Assembly: GCA_023213395.1 (NCBI GenBank)
Contig: CM041465.1
Span: forward strand, 105,717,741-105,781,740
DNA: 64,000 nucleotides
Source of the DNA: Cycas panzhihuaensis
Taxonomy: Eukaryota; Plantae; Cycadophyta
Direction: 5' to 3'
Position 1 is the first letter of the stretch, and each line of letters starts with the position of its first letter. The position numbers were made by a program, and so were the translations under genes. Of this stretch, positions 14,400 to 26,526 are shown piece after piece. Under the pieces are notes generated by a model, which was not told the origin of the DNA, did no database searches, and saw only the letters and a program-made list of their open reading frames with translations.

Positions 14400-15675
14400 T
14401 CAAGAACACTAGTAAGTACCATTATTGGGTCACTCTAGATTTTTAAAGACATACAATAGTATAAAGTGATCATTCTTTTGGAAAGAAATGAAAGAGGATA
14501 TCATAAAGTACATAGCCAAATATGGCACATGCTAAAGGCAAAAGTTTAAATCCACATAATATCCTAGATTATTACAATCGTTTCTAATTCCCCATCATAA
14601 GTAGAACAAAATCATGATGGATCTTATTATGGGATTATCCAAATTAGAAGGAAATGATGTGATTTTTATAACTATAGACTACCTCATGAAGTATAGACTC
14701 TTCATACCTATACAATCTAACTATAATGTGTATTATAGGTAAAAAAGGTATTTATGAGGAGTGCTTATAAACAATATAGCTTCCTTAAAATGATTATATC
14801 TGATAAGGACCCTAAGTTTATTAGTAACTTCTGGAAGGAACTCTTTAAACTCAGAGGCATCAAATTTGTGACAAGTATAGCATAACATTCCCAAATAGAT
14901 GGTTAGATGAAAGTTGTCAATGAATGTTTAGAAATATATTTTTGTTATTTCACAAGAGATAACCATGCTAAATGGGTAAAATATATCCATTTCCTAGAAT
15001 ACTAGCACGTTGTAATACAACATTCCACAATCTAAATGACACCCTTCACAACACTAAACAAGTATCAACCTCCTACACCAGTAGACTTTAGAGAAATAAC
15101 TACTCTCATTTCAATCATCTAAGAAATATTTCAATGGGTTAAATAAATTCTCAAGGAACCTAAGGTTAACTATGATAAGGTAAGAAATTGAATGAAACAA
15201 CAAGTTGATAGACATCAAATAGAAAGACAATTCAACATTAGAGATTGTGTATATATGCATTTGCAGCTATATAAAAATGTTTAACTATGATAGGAAGGGA
15301 AAGTTAAACTCGCACTATGATTCTATAGACCATTGCAAATAGAAATGTAAATAAGCAATATAACTTATCTTTTGAATATTTTGTCTCAAAATAAGATCTA
15401 TAATATCTTCTACATGTCCAACGTAAAGAAGAAGATGGCCTAGAACATCATCATAACAACAAACCTACCAATCATTAACAAAGCATGGAAGGTCATCATC
15501 AAACTAGAAGGTATCATTGAAATTTGCCAAAGGAAACTTAGATCAAGGATGGTGATAGAATATCTTATTAAGTGAAAAAGATTACTAGTAGAGGATATAA
15601 CATAGTAAGCCTAAAACTACATTGATAATTATTATGAGCTTTGTAGAAAAAACTCCTTAATCAATAGGAGAGGGT
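14400..15675 (+). mobile_element. Decayed Gypsy integrase plus chromodomain fragment ending in a polypurine tract
   Basis: GHS.FLKTY, MDLIMGLSK, SDKDPKFISNFWKELF and EYLIK remnants; AGGAGAGGG near 15666-15674. Confidence 0.8.
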
Positions 15676-16629
15676 ATGCCATATGACCATAACTTGTGAG
15701 ACTGACTTAGGCAAATTACTCAGCACAATACTATTTAAAGGCATTTAATATTTTATTTTATCAACATATAATTTTATTTTAGCTGAATTAAATTGAAGTT
15801 CTACTCCCCATGGCATAGGTTCACTGCATCTACCTCTTCTAATTAATACTTCTTGGGACTCATATAAATTTAGTCATGTAAAAGCATCTATGATCCTTTT
15901 TTATTCTCAATTTTGCTCCTAATCTTCCAAGATTTATAATGTATGCTTAGCAATCATTACTTCCCACTAATTAATCTCTTACTCTAGTCATCTAATTCTA
16001 TTTTTCTTAGATCATCCACTATTGGGGAATACTTATAACGTGGTGATACATATAGATCATCTCACTCATATGCCATGCATTAATTAATATCGACCATTAT
16101 ATAATGTTATTACTAATAATTTGAATTATAATATAATGATATCTTCTATATAAATCTCAAAAATATTATGATATAATAAAAATACTTACATCTAATAAAT
16201 TTTCTCTTGATCTTCTATACAAATCTGAATCTACCCCAAGTCATCATCTAATGATTTAACTCGTTCCTCCTCTTCAACCAATAAGATCATCATCTACTTT
16301 TTTAATCATTATTTAGTTTTTTGTTGTCATCACCTTTTGGTTATCATCACTTAATTCTTTATTCCCCTTTGCTCAGTATATGGGTTAAGCCTTATTGCTT
16401 CCTAGATCAACAATAATACTAGATGTTGAATAGATTCCTCCCTAAAGCTAAATCTAAAAAGAACAATAAGGATAGGAACTAGGGTATATGATTAGAGCCC
16501 ATATGCAAGCACCAACCAAGTACCAAGACTTTGTACAAGCATCCAACATCAAGAATTACCTAAAGTAATAACTTACCATAAAGACATACATCCAAAACAC
16601 CCATATTACATGTTATAGATCATTTAAAT

Positions 16630-18760
16630 ATTGCACACCAACAAAGCTTATGACATAGTGGAATCAGATCTTCTCCTTACCATTCTATTCTGGAAGGGCT
16701 TATAAACAAGTCATATTAGTTGGATCGAAGCCATGCTTTCTTTTGTGTCAATGGCCATAAAAATCAACAATTTAGTCAATTGTCTCATCTATATAAGTAG
16801 ATGAATTTGTCAGGGCTACCCTTTATCTCCCTATATATTTGTTATCACCATGGATGGTCTCTCTTCCTTATTAAAATGACTCCAGTCAATGGGTCTCCTC
16901 CAAGGTATTGTAATTGATGAAAACAAGGGTATAATGCACTAGATCTTTATAGATAATACCTTTATGTTGGGCCAACCCTTGCATTTAGAAATCAACATTT
17001 GGAGCCAAGCTCTTAGTTTTTTTGGTCTTACATTAGGGATGACGATTAATCATGGTAAATCTAATATCATTTTCAATGAAGTAGATACAAACCTTTAATC
17101 CACCTTGACAACAACTCTTAGAGTCCCAATTACTCCTAGATCTACTATTTTCAAATACCTATGCATTCCTATAAGCCTTTCCAGAGTGAAAATTATTGAT
17201 TGGTGTCCTTATATTTTGAAAACCAAGAATAAGTTAGACTCATGACCAACCATATTTCTTAATCTAGCAGGTCAATGGAGTCTAATAGAATCAACATTGA
17301 CCTAAATTCATAATTACTTAATGTTTATTATTCAAACCCCCAAAGTAGTACTTTCTGCAATATAAAGCTTATTTATAAGATTTATCTCAAAACCTTGGTT
17401 AGTTGAAATGAAGCCCCTTTATCAAGTGAAATGGCGCACAATGTCAGATCATAAGGGGCAAGATGGCCTTAGTCTCAATAACCCTTTTATTATGGTAAAG
17501 GTCAAAGGGGAGAAACAATTATAGGATCTTTAGACCAATGAAAATGATAAATGGGCTCATATTATTAGAAGGAAATACAATTTCTCTTATACCACTAAAC
17601 AATAACTATTGGCCCCCAACTATTTAAACAAAGGCTCCATTATTTGGAACCATGTGGTGGTAGCTTGGGATAATCTTCACTATAATACCATATACTCTCC
17701 TAGCTTAATAGGTCTTCAAGTCGACTTTTAAACTAACAAATGATGGCCCCCAATGTATCCCCCACTAGCCAACTAAGAGGAGTTCGCACCATTAGCTCAA
17801 TTCTTTAGCTCTTATAATTGGCACACTGTGGCTTAGTTCCACGATTTTGATCAGCAGTATTGGAAGGATTATATCAACCTCATGATTCAGATTAAACCTC
17901 ATCCTGAACCTCACCTCCTTTAGATCACTGATAGACTTAATTTCTTTCTATAGTAAGTGGACCCTCTTAAGGCTATAATAGATTTAGAGAGGGAGGAAGG
18001 TCTCAGGTTCCTATCCAAGGGTCAAGTTTTTGAGTCCATAGAATTCTACCACATGATGCATAGAAGCAATATTGCCATGTTGAACTTTAGGTCAAATGGG
18101 GATGGATTTGGTGGAAGCCAATGCAACCTAAACATAATATGCTCCATTGGAGAATCTTGCACAAGGCCTTCATCTTCTAGGACACTTGGGATTAGTGGAA
18201 TATTAGTCAAGAACTTACTTGTGTAATATGTGGTGCTTAAAATGATAGCTTCGGCCATATTTGGTGGCACTACCCTCTAGTCTAAGACATTTGGTACACC
18301 TACTTCTAGATCTTTAATCTAGATCAAGGTTTCACTAAAATCTAAGAGGGCCACTTATCTCTTTACTCTTGGCTAATCAAAGAAAGTTAGGTAATTGCAC
18401 ACACCTAGTTTACTAGTTGCCACCACCTAATAGATCTCTAGCTCATGCTCCCCAAGACAATCATTTATGAAATCTAGAAAATTCTTACCATAGCTTATTC
18501 CCAAAAAGTAGTGCCCTTCTTCAACCATACCTTTAGCCACATAAGGAAGGAAATCCTCTTATGGTTGCCCCATAATCCCTGTTTTGCTCCTCTCCACAAA
18601 AAACTCAAGAAACACCTTCATATAGATGTTATTATTCTTAGTGCATTACATGTAAAAGATTGGGTTAGTAAATCTCTGTGACCCAAAGGGAACTTCATCA
18701 AATTGTATTGCATTTGTTCTCTTGATTTAATAAAATCCATTGTTGACCTTTAAAAAGAAG
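16630..18760 (+). mobile_element. 5'-truncated, decayed L1-type LINE (RT and 3' end)
   Basis: Remnants KAYDIV, F.VNG, QGYPLSPYIFVITMDGLS (cf. RQGDPLSP), FKYLCIP, FLNLAG; AATAAA at 18729 followed by an A-rich end. Confidence 0.8.
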
Positions 18761-18782
18761 ATATATATATATATATATATAT
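18761..18782. repeat. (AT)n microsatellite
   Basis: 11 AT units directly after the LINE tail. Confidence 0.9.
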
Positions 18783-18795
18783 TACATGCCAATCT

Positions 18796-19456
18796 TGTTA
18801 GATAATATGACAACAATATTTTGGATACTAAAATTTTGATAGGTTGGCAACGCAGTTCCCCCGCCAAACTTCCTAGGGGGGTTCCAATAAGGGCAAAAGA
18901 CCCCCTTGGCTAGGGGGTGTGAGGGGCGCCAGAACTCCCCCCTGGAAAAGAGGGGGTTCGAGGGTGATAGCCCCTGACCCAAAAGGCTAGCACTGAAAAA
19001 CATACTAAATTATAAAGAGAATTGGGGTCATTCGCTCAAAATACCCTAGATTCTATGGTCAAGATTTGTGCCTTGTATGACTTTCTCATATAGCCCGATT
19101 TAGGGTGTTTTTTCATTACGTTGATGGTGTTTGATGTATTAGATGTACTGTGAAGAGTTAGGTGACTGGTTGTTGTTGCTGTGAGCATTCTGCTATAGAT
19201 TATGCATATTTCTCCATTCTTTGATAATAAAGATCGATACCTTTCCTGTATGGATATTTTCCTAGCACATTGTTAGGTTTTTACCACATTATATCGGGTG
19301 TATATGTGATGCTTTGGCTTTCTTATTCATTTTATTGTATTATCTCTGGTTTAAGAACTTGCATATTAAATTTCAGTTTTGATTCCTGTAACTAGTTGTA
19401 AAATAGTTTAGATCTTGCTGGCTGTTTCAGGTTATTGGGACCATGTCTTCTCAACA
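18796..19456. mobile_element. Solo LTR (661 bp), probably Copia-type
   Basis: TGTTAG...TCAACA termini flanked by AATCT/AATCC (5-bp TSD, 1 mismatch); GC-rich core in AT-rich surroundings; no PBS or PPT adjacent. Confidence 0.75.
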
Positions 19457-20879
19457 AATCCATCATCAAAGTATTATTTTATTAGATATTATCAAAATTA
19501 AGTACATAGTTAAAGTACAAATATTTCATACGATCATCCCAAACTAGACTTACACTAGAATCTAGTACTAAGATTTGTAATATAAACTGATGGTCTTGAC
19601 ACCGATCCTTGATCTTGTTTCTTTATACTCTACACCCCACCCCCACAAAAATGGTATCATTGGCTTCTTTAAATACATTAGACATCATATCTTATTCTCA
19701 ACAAACATTTGTAATTGCTAATTATTTAGTCATAACATGACCATAGCTATGTACAATGACTCATCATGCACACTCATTGTTTAATCACATCCACTTTAAT
19801 ACATAATGGCCCAAAACATATAGAAAAGCACATTTGAGTTTGCTATACAAATCCCATTAAATATTTGTTAGGTGTCCCTTTACATGATCATTAATATTGC
19901 CATGTGCTTATGGTAGATTATACATACCAAATATAATAATTCTAAGGGGATCATCCTCATTAAATATATATGAGATATCACTTCACCTACACATTATTGT
20001 TTCCTTTAGCTTCATATATTGCTTATAGACTATGTGTTATAACTTTTACAAAGGGACAACTACCATTAAATATCTATAAAGCATGCCTTTACATATTACC
20101 ATCCCTATGCATCACTAGTAGACTATGCATGCTAAGTCCCAATCTAATGATATTATATTTTTCTTATTACTCATAAGGATTTTGGTTCCACTCTCACTCG
20201 AAGCTTAGGGTGAGAATAACCTATATAAGTTGGTCATTATCAACTTTTATACCTAGAATAAAAGTTTCAAATAAATTCTAATACTAGGTAGGGCCAAGTG
20301 CTATTCCTAAGCAATTTTGACATAATTGATACTATAATGAGTGCCATATTAATGTGTTTCTTTCTATGGGTCACCTCATAATAAAGTGTAAGATTTGGCA
20401 ATAATAACATAATATTTAAATGAAAATAATATATGTATTAGGTAATTCACCTATATTTCCATGTTGAAATTTTAATATTTTGGGATTAAATTTTACAAAT
20501 TAGGTGAGAAATTCTTAGAGATAACTTATTTTAAAAAAGCTCAAAAGTAATGGCAAAACATAAAGATTGAGCAAACAAAGATATTGCATAAAGTTTAAAG
20601 TACATCATTCATTTCTTTAAAAATTATAAATAGGAAATTTATAATGTATGACTTAATGGTTTTTTTATATGTCACTCATTTATGTGTAATTCTATGAGGG
20701 GAAAATTCATTAAATCATTCTACCATATAATGCAAAAGTATGAAGTCCATAATCCTAAATATTATCCTCACAAGTCCATGACATTTCATGGCAAATATAT
20801 ATTCATCAAATTATCCACTAAATGTAACAAAGTTTAAACTTGATAAGGAATACAAAAGATAGTCTTTGATGATAACTCT

Positions 20880-21085
20880 GCATGTGTATCAACATGCACA
20901 TACATGTGTAGGCGTATCTATGTATGTATATACATATATACATATGTATATATATTTATGTATATGCATATGTTTACATATACCTATGTATTTGTATATA
21001 TGTGCATATATGTATGTGTGTGCGAGGGTGTACATATATTATATACATATCTACAATATATATACGCTCCACACATACATAAACA
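20880..21085. repeat. Degenerate (TA/TG/CA) low-complexity microsatellite
   Basis: Alternating purine-pyrimidine tract (TATATACATATATA...). Confidence 0.85.
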
Positions 21086-24000
21086 CATCAAAAGTTCTTG
21101 AAATGTATATGATTATGCATTGTTTAATATATTTGAGTAATATTAGGCTCAACCATGGTTATATTTTCAAATGAGGGAGGGAAAGAGCATTCTTATACTA
21201 ATAATTTAAGTAGTGTTTGCACCATATTGCCAAATGATAAAAGAACAAGTGTAAATAAAACACTTTCATGGTTACAAGAAATTAGTAATTCCTATAACAT
21301 TAGTTTCTTAATAGTTTCACTCAATAATGATATTAATATGTTAAGTCTATAGTGTTCTATTGAATCTTCAACATGTTTTTTAATAGATGTTTATGTATCT
21401 TTTGCATATTATCATATATATGTTTTGCCTATAGAACCACATGTAATTTGTAACTCTATTATGATATTATTACCTTTTATTCTATATTTACTCTTTTATT
21501 TAGATCAAGACATTTATTTTTTTAGCTAAACAAAAATGTTTATATGCTCAATAATATTAGGTGTAGCTTCTTGTAATCATCATGATAATGTTACCAATAA
21601 CATAAATGAAAGCAATGAAGAATATTATTAAAAGGCCACTTGTGATGATACACATAAACATCAGTGACCATTTTGTAATGCATGGGACACTTGATATTGG
21701 AATACCTTTTATAAAATATATGTAATATCACTAGACAAGAAATTGTGTTGCTCTAGAGAATCATGATTAATAGTTTAATAAGCTATAATAAAGATTAAAC
21801 TATAGAATATTTCAACTTGACTTGTACCTTGAAATGACGTGAACTTTTAGAGAAATCATAGTTGTTTTTAATGTTATAAAAAAGATTTGCCTCGTAAAAG
21901 AATTTTTTATAAACACATTGTTGAGCATATATTGTTTATAAATAAAAATATAGTGTTTGATTCTCAATCATTGCCTTCCGCATCCAAAGCATGTTTTGGT
22001 GTACATGATTTGAAAACTACTACAACCTAATAATCAAAATGAGCATGAAATACATATTTTACAAAATCATTGCAATACAATCACAAAAATGAATGAACGA
22101 CATGCACTTATATTAACATATGACATTTTAGTCCTACACTCGTAGTGAAAAGCGAATAAAAATAAAAAACATGACATAAGTTTTACATCATGTTACGATC
22201 AGACCCTTGATACAAGGATCTTCGTAGTTGATAGTTTGAGCAAGTTCCAACGTGTCATTTCATCTATAAATATCAATGTTTACTATTGATATATATATTC
22301 TCTTTTGCTTTCTTCCATACCCAAATCATTAGTGCATTAACCCATCTCTTGGAAATTTAAAATACATGGATATGACTTCAAATATATGTGCATATATGTA
22401 AGTGAATTTATTATGGATGAAAAGAAGCTCCTTACTTGTCACTATAGGGATAATCTAAATGTGTAGTTATTTTTAGCATCTCGTTAAACTTGGAAGTCAA
22501 CACCTTGTCGAATACCAAACATAGTCTAGTGTGTGTGCAAGTTCAATATCCTATAATATCTGTATAGGTGAATGAACACTCAAAAACTTCAAGACATCAT
22601 AGGTGATATCAACTTCTATAGTGGGTTAGATAAAGGTAATCATTGAGTTTCTTATGCTAAAGAAAAATGCATATGAGTATGCAAGACCATCACCTTTCAA
22701 GTATATTTTGAGATTTACACTTGCCTTCTTTGAATTAAGGCATAATTTAGCAAAAGCAAAGCAACAATAAGCACTAGCAGATAAACATGTGTAACTTTTT
22801 ATGAGTGAAACTAGTTTGACCTTATGGTTGTATGTGGTATTTGTTAATTGAGGATTACTAGAGTTATGTCATTTCCATAACTGACACATCATAAACCCTA
22901 ATGTCAAGGGAGGAAATATGTAAATCTTAGAGGTAGTTGGGTGCTATTAATCTTGGAAGTTCAACTTACTCTTGTTACCTTTGGGTAAGTATGTGTCTAT
23001 GTTGGTAATTTGGTGGTAATTGGTGATTTGGTCTAATAAGAAGGCCCTATGATCAAAACTCATCAACATTCGATATTATAGATCGTATAGTATGTGGGTT
23101 GGTTTATTGTGGCTTGTCGTGTATCTATAATCAATCATTGGTCATAGCATGATGCTAAAAGTAGGCTTTAATTATTTGGGAAGTATATGATTGATACTAT
23201 GTTCACATTCAATACCACTTCCTAACACATACAAAAAGAAGGTTGGTAAATTGCTAAAGTGATTGACAACTGACTTCCCTCATCATCCTCTTAATGGTTC
23301 ACATCTTGAATTCTCTCTAGACTTGGGTTCTAAAGGGCAAAGTATCCTTCAATGGTTGTTTTGATTGTCTGTTAGCAAGGAAAATTTTGGCCCTTAGATG
23401 TAAAATGCACTCCTCATAAGACTTTTGTCATTATGTGAAAGACACTCATCACATGGTTCCTATTGAATTTAACTTCAACTAATTTAAGCATTATTTTAAA
23501 CATGGGGAAAATGTTAAATTTCAATTCTTGTGTGCAAGAATTAGAGGTTCAAAATTAGAAGCACAGGTTGCCTTTATCTACATAACTTCCAATGTTGAGT
23601 TTGAAGAATTTAGTAAAGTTTTAGACAAATAGTCAAGTGATTCAAGCTTTTAATAATGATGCATAACAAACATCACTTATAATGCCCTTATTGCATAACA
23701 CACAAACCTTCCCTAGAAACTTATCTCTATCTTTTCTTTAATATTGCAACGAGCTTTGAATTATAGAAGCAGAGAGATCACTTAAATGAGATTTCTCTCT
23801 CCACCATCCATTATCTTGCTTTAAAACTAAGTCTTAACCTAATTGTTAGGGTACTTCTCACATAACACCTTGTCAATACAATAATACTTACAACTTAGTG
23901 GTTTGCAGCTTGGGCTTGAAGCATGTAAGGTTTAGACTTTTGTGAGGTCTATGCTTCATGAGTGTAGCCATTGATTGAAGCTATTAAGATTCCCTTCACA

Positions 24001-25179
24001 TCCCATAGAACAAGAAAAGGTTCTTTTATTTGTTCCCATTATAGGATACATTTAAATGCATTCGAAAACACTCTTACATGTGTATTATTTACACTCCTAC
24101 ATGCACATATCACAATGGTAAGAACCAACTAATGGAAGTAGATTGTAGGTGGCAAGTTATACGCTTGAGTTATTGGAGGTAACTTTCATTTCGTACCTTG
24201 TAACGTTTTTATGTGATGCATTGCTCACAATGATGTACTCCATAGGGCCACCACATCCTCAAACCTTCCTACATGGCCCACCACTATGACATATATGCCT
24301 ATCTTCAAGAACCTTCTTCATTATATTTGCTATGTGCAAGAGGTACAAGGGAGGGATGATGGTAAATAAATACGTCACATAAATGCTTTTTATAATTAAT
24401 ATAATGCTTTTTAGTTGTGGGCTCGATATATAGATCTTAGAGCTTTTATAAACCCCTTGGTATGTCCAATATCAAACTAGGAGTTATAAGTAGGAGCATG
24501 AGGGAGGAATAGTGCTCAATGTGCAAATGGTGTATATGTATGTATTTTTTATTTACTTTATTCGGGGTGAAAATTTATGTACTTTATGGTTCTTTTTAAA
24601 TTGACTTTGTTTGGATCACTTGAATGACATTATACATTGCAAACCCCACCCTTTAGTTGGTACATTTCTAGGTGTCACAGAAGTGATAGAAGAGAGGAAA
24701 AGGAGATTATCATAAATAGACAAGGGGGCCTACATGGCATTGCCAACTATATCTCTAATGTGTCACCCATGTGGAGTGCTAGAAGCAAGTATTGTACACC
24801 CTTGGAACTGGAGCATAATAGAATAGGAATTTTAACATAGTAGCACGCAATGCAACATGTGGTAGCCCACAAGGAAACCCATGATAATCTAACCACTCCC
24901 GAAGTCCGGACAATAGGCTTGACTGGAGAGCTAACACAAGAAGACAATTTACAAATAACTTCATTCATTTAACCAACTCCGTACTTGATGTGATGTGAAG
25001 AGGTATTTCTCAATTCTACGACATAATTTCCATTCCATTTCAAGAGCCTAGAGCGGGTTGGGGTAACCGAACAGGCACCCATGGTGTTACGGGGTGTCTC
25101 TAAACTAACGAGAATGGCATATGAGCAATCTATTGCATTGGCAGACCTATAAAATGGGTATCTTTTCAACTGCATACCC

Positions 25180-26150
25180 TCGGAGCCGCAAGTCGGAGTC
25201 AATCAATTGTCAAAGAATGTGCGCACGGGTGCAGGGGTGAGCGCTGGGCCACCGGGGTGTCGAGTGCGGACTGTCCGCACTTGATCCAAGGACTGTAGTG
25301 CTTTCCCAGCTTCCTGGGAATGCATGGCAGCCTTTCGATTGAAACGTTTCATGCGAACGTCGAAATTTGAGATTCCACTCCGACGGAGAGGGTGGGGGGG
25401 CCCCAGTCTGAACACGAAACTTGCCCGGCATTAACCGTGGTCAAACAACAGTCGCCTAACCGCGGTTAGGCTCGAGACTGGGCCGGAACGACTCAATAAT
25501 TCAGTCGTACGCCCCGGTCAAGTCTCGCTGGATTTTAGGAGCGGTCCGCCTCCCAACTTGGCAGGTTTTCGCTTGGGTCGGCTTTCGTAGGAACCAAAGG
25601 GTGCGGGAAGAAGGATCGCGATCAGTTAGAGGGAACAAAGATTAAAAAGGAAAGGGAAAAATTTGAAAAAAAAAGGAAAAAGAATAGTATGACGAAATGC
25701 CAGGGCGTGTGAAAAGATTCCATCCGCTATACGAACAACACACGCGCTTTCTTTTTCTCCGGACACACCGTAGATCTCTCTCCTTTTGTCCGCAGCGCGT
25801 GCCGCGATGCCGGGGTTCGTCAATTGACGGGGTAAAACCCGAAGCTGAGGCTGGAAAGTCTGTCAGCGTGTCCGTCCAGCTGGAATGGTTCATCCTCCCA
25901 GGAGGAGAAGGGATGGGTCCCTCCGGCGGCCCCCACTGGGGAGCACATGCGCTCGCAGCCCTAGACGGCAGTGCAGAGTAGCGGGGTAGAGATACAGATA
26001 GATCGTCCCAGGAAAGAGTGCGGACCAGCGAGCGCTTTGGTCTTCGTGCGCATCGACAGACGGAAAACTAAAACCGTCTGCTACGTCTCTGGGATAATCG
26101 AATCCAACCAAAATCTTCCACCCTCTGATTTCGCTACATTACGGATGTTA
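25180..26150 (+). promoter_or_regulatory. CpG-rich island: probable promoter and 5' leader of the polygalacturonase gene
   Basis: Sharp rise in GC and CpG against CpG-poor flanks; lies 0.4-1.3 kb upstream of the ATG; CT-rich tract near 25745-25790. The transcription start is not located. Confidence 0.6.
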
Positions 26151-26514
26151 AAAAAAACACGGAACACAATCAACAAATATTTCCAGTTCCAGCGCTTACT
26201 TGCTGGATTTGGAACCATTCCATCTTTAATTAAATGTAAATAATACGTAACAACTACTCCTACTATTCAGATTATTTACCTTCTGTTTTTGTTCTCATCA
26301 CCGGTTTCGAAACCCTGGACTGTTTCCATTTATGGTTATTGCATGCTGTTAGTGTTGCATAATTAGCTCCGATTTTCAATTTAGTTAATAGCTGGGAAGA
26401 ACAGATTGCGTTCATTCGATCGCACAGCTGGAGGAGACTCACAAGGCGATTGGGAAGCGAGGCTTTCTTTTACCGACTTCCATCGGTTCGGGGTTCGATC
26501 CGCAATAGCAGCAC

Positions 26515-26526
26515 ATGAGGAGCCTA
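26515..26526 (+). CDS. Polygalacturonase coding exon 1 (MRSL)
   Basis: ATGAGGAGCCTA followed by the consensus donor GTAAGT; phase 0 matches the acceptor at 27763. Confidence 0.8.

Noticed and set aside
20866-21174. Y/I/M/C-rich ORFs
   Set aside because: Translation of a microsatellite.
19500-24900. Long AT-rich stretch that might hide a DNA transposon or Helitron
   Set aside because: No terminal repeats, TSD or protein motifs that I could recognise.
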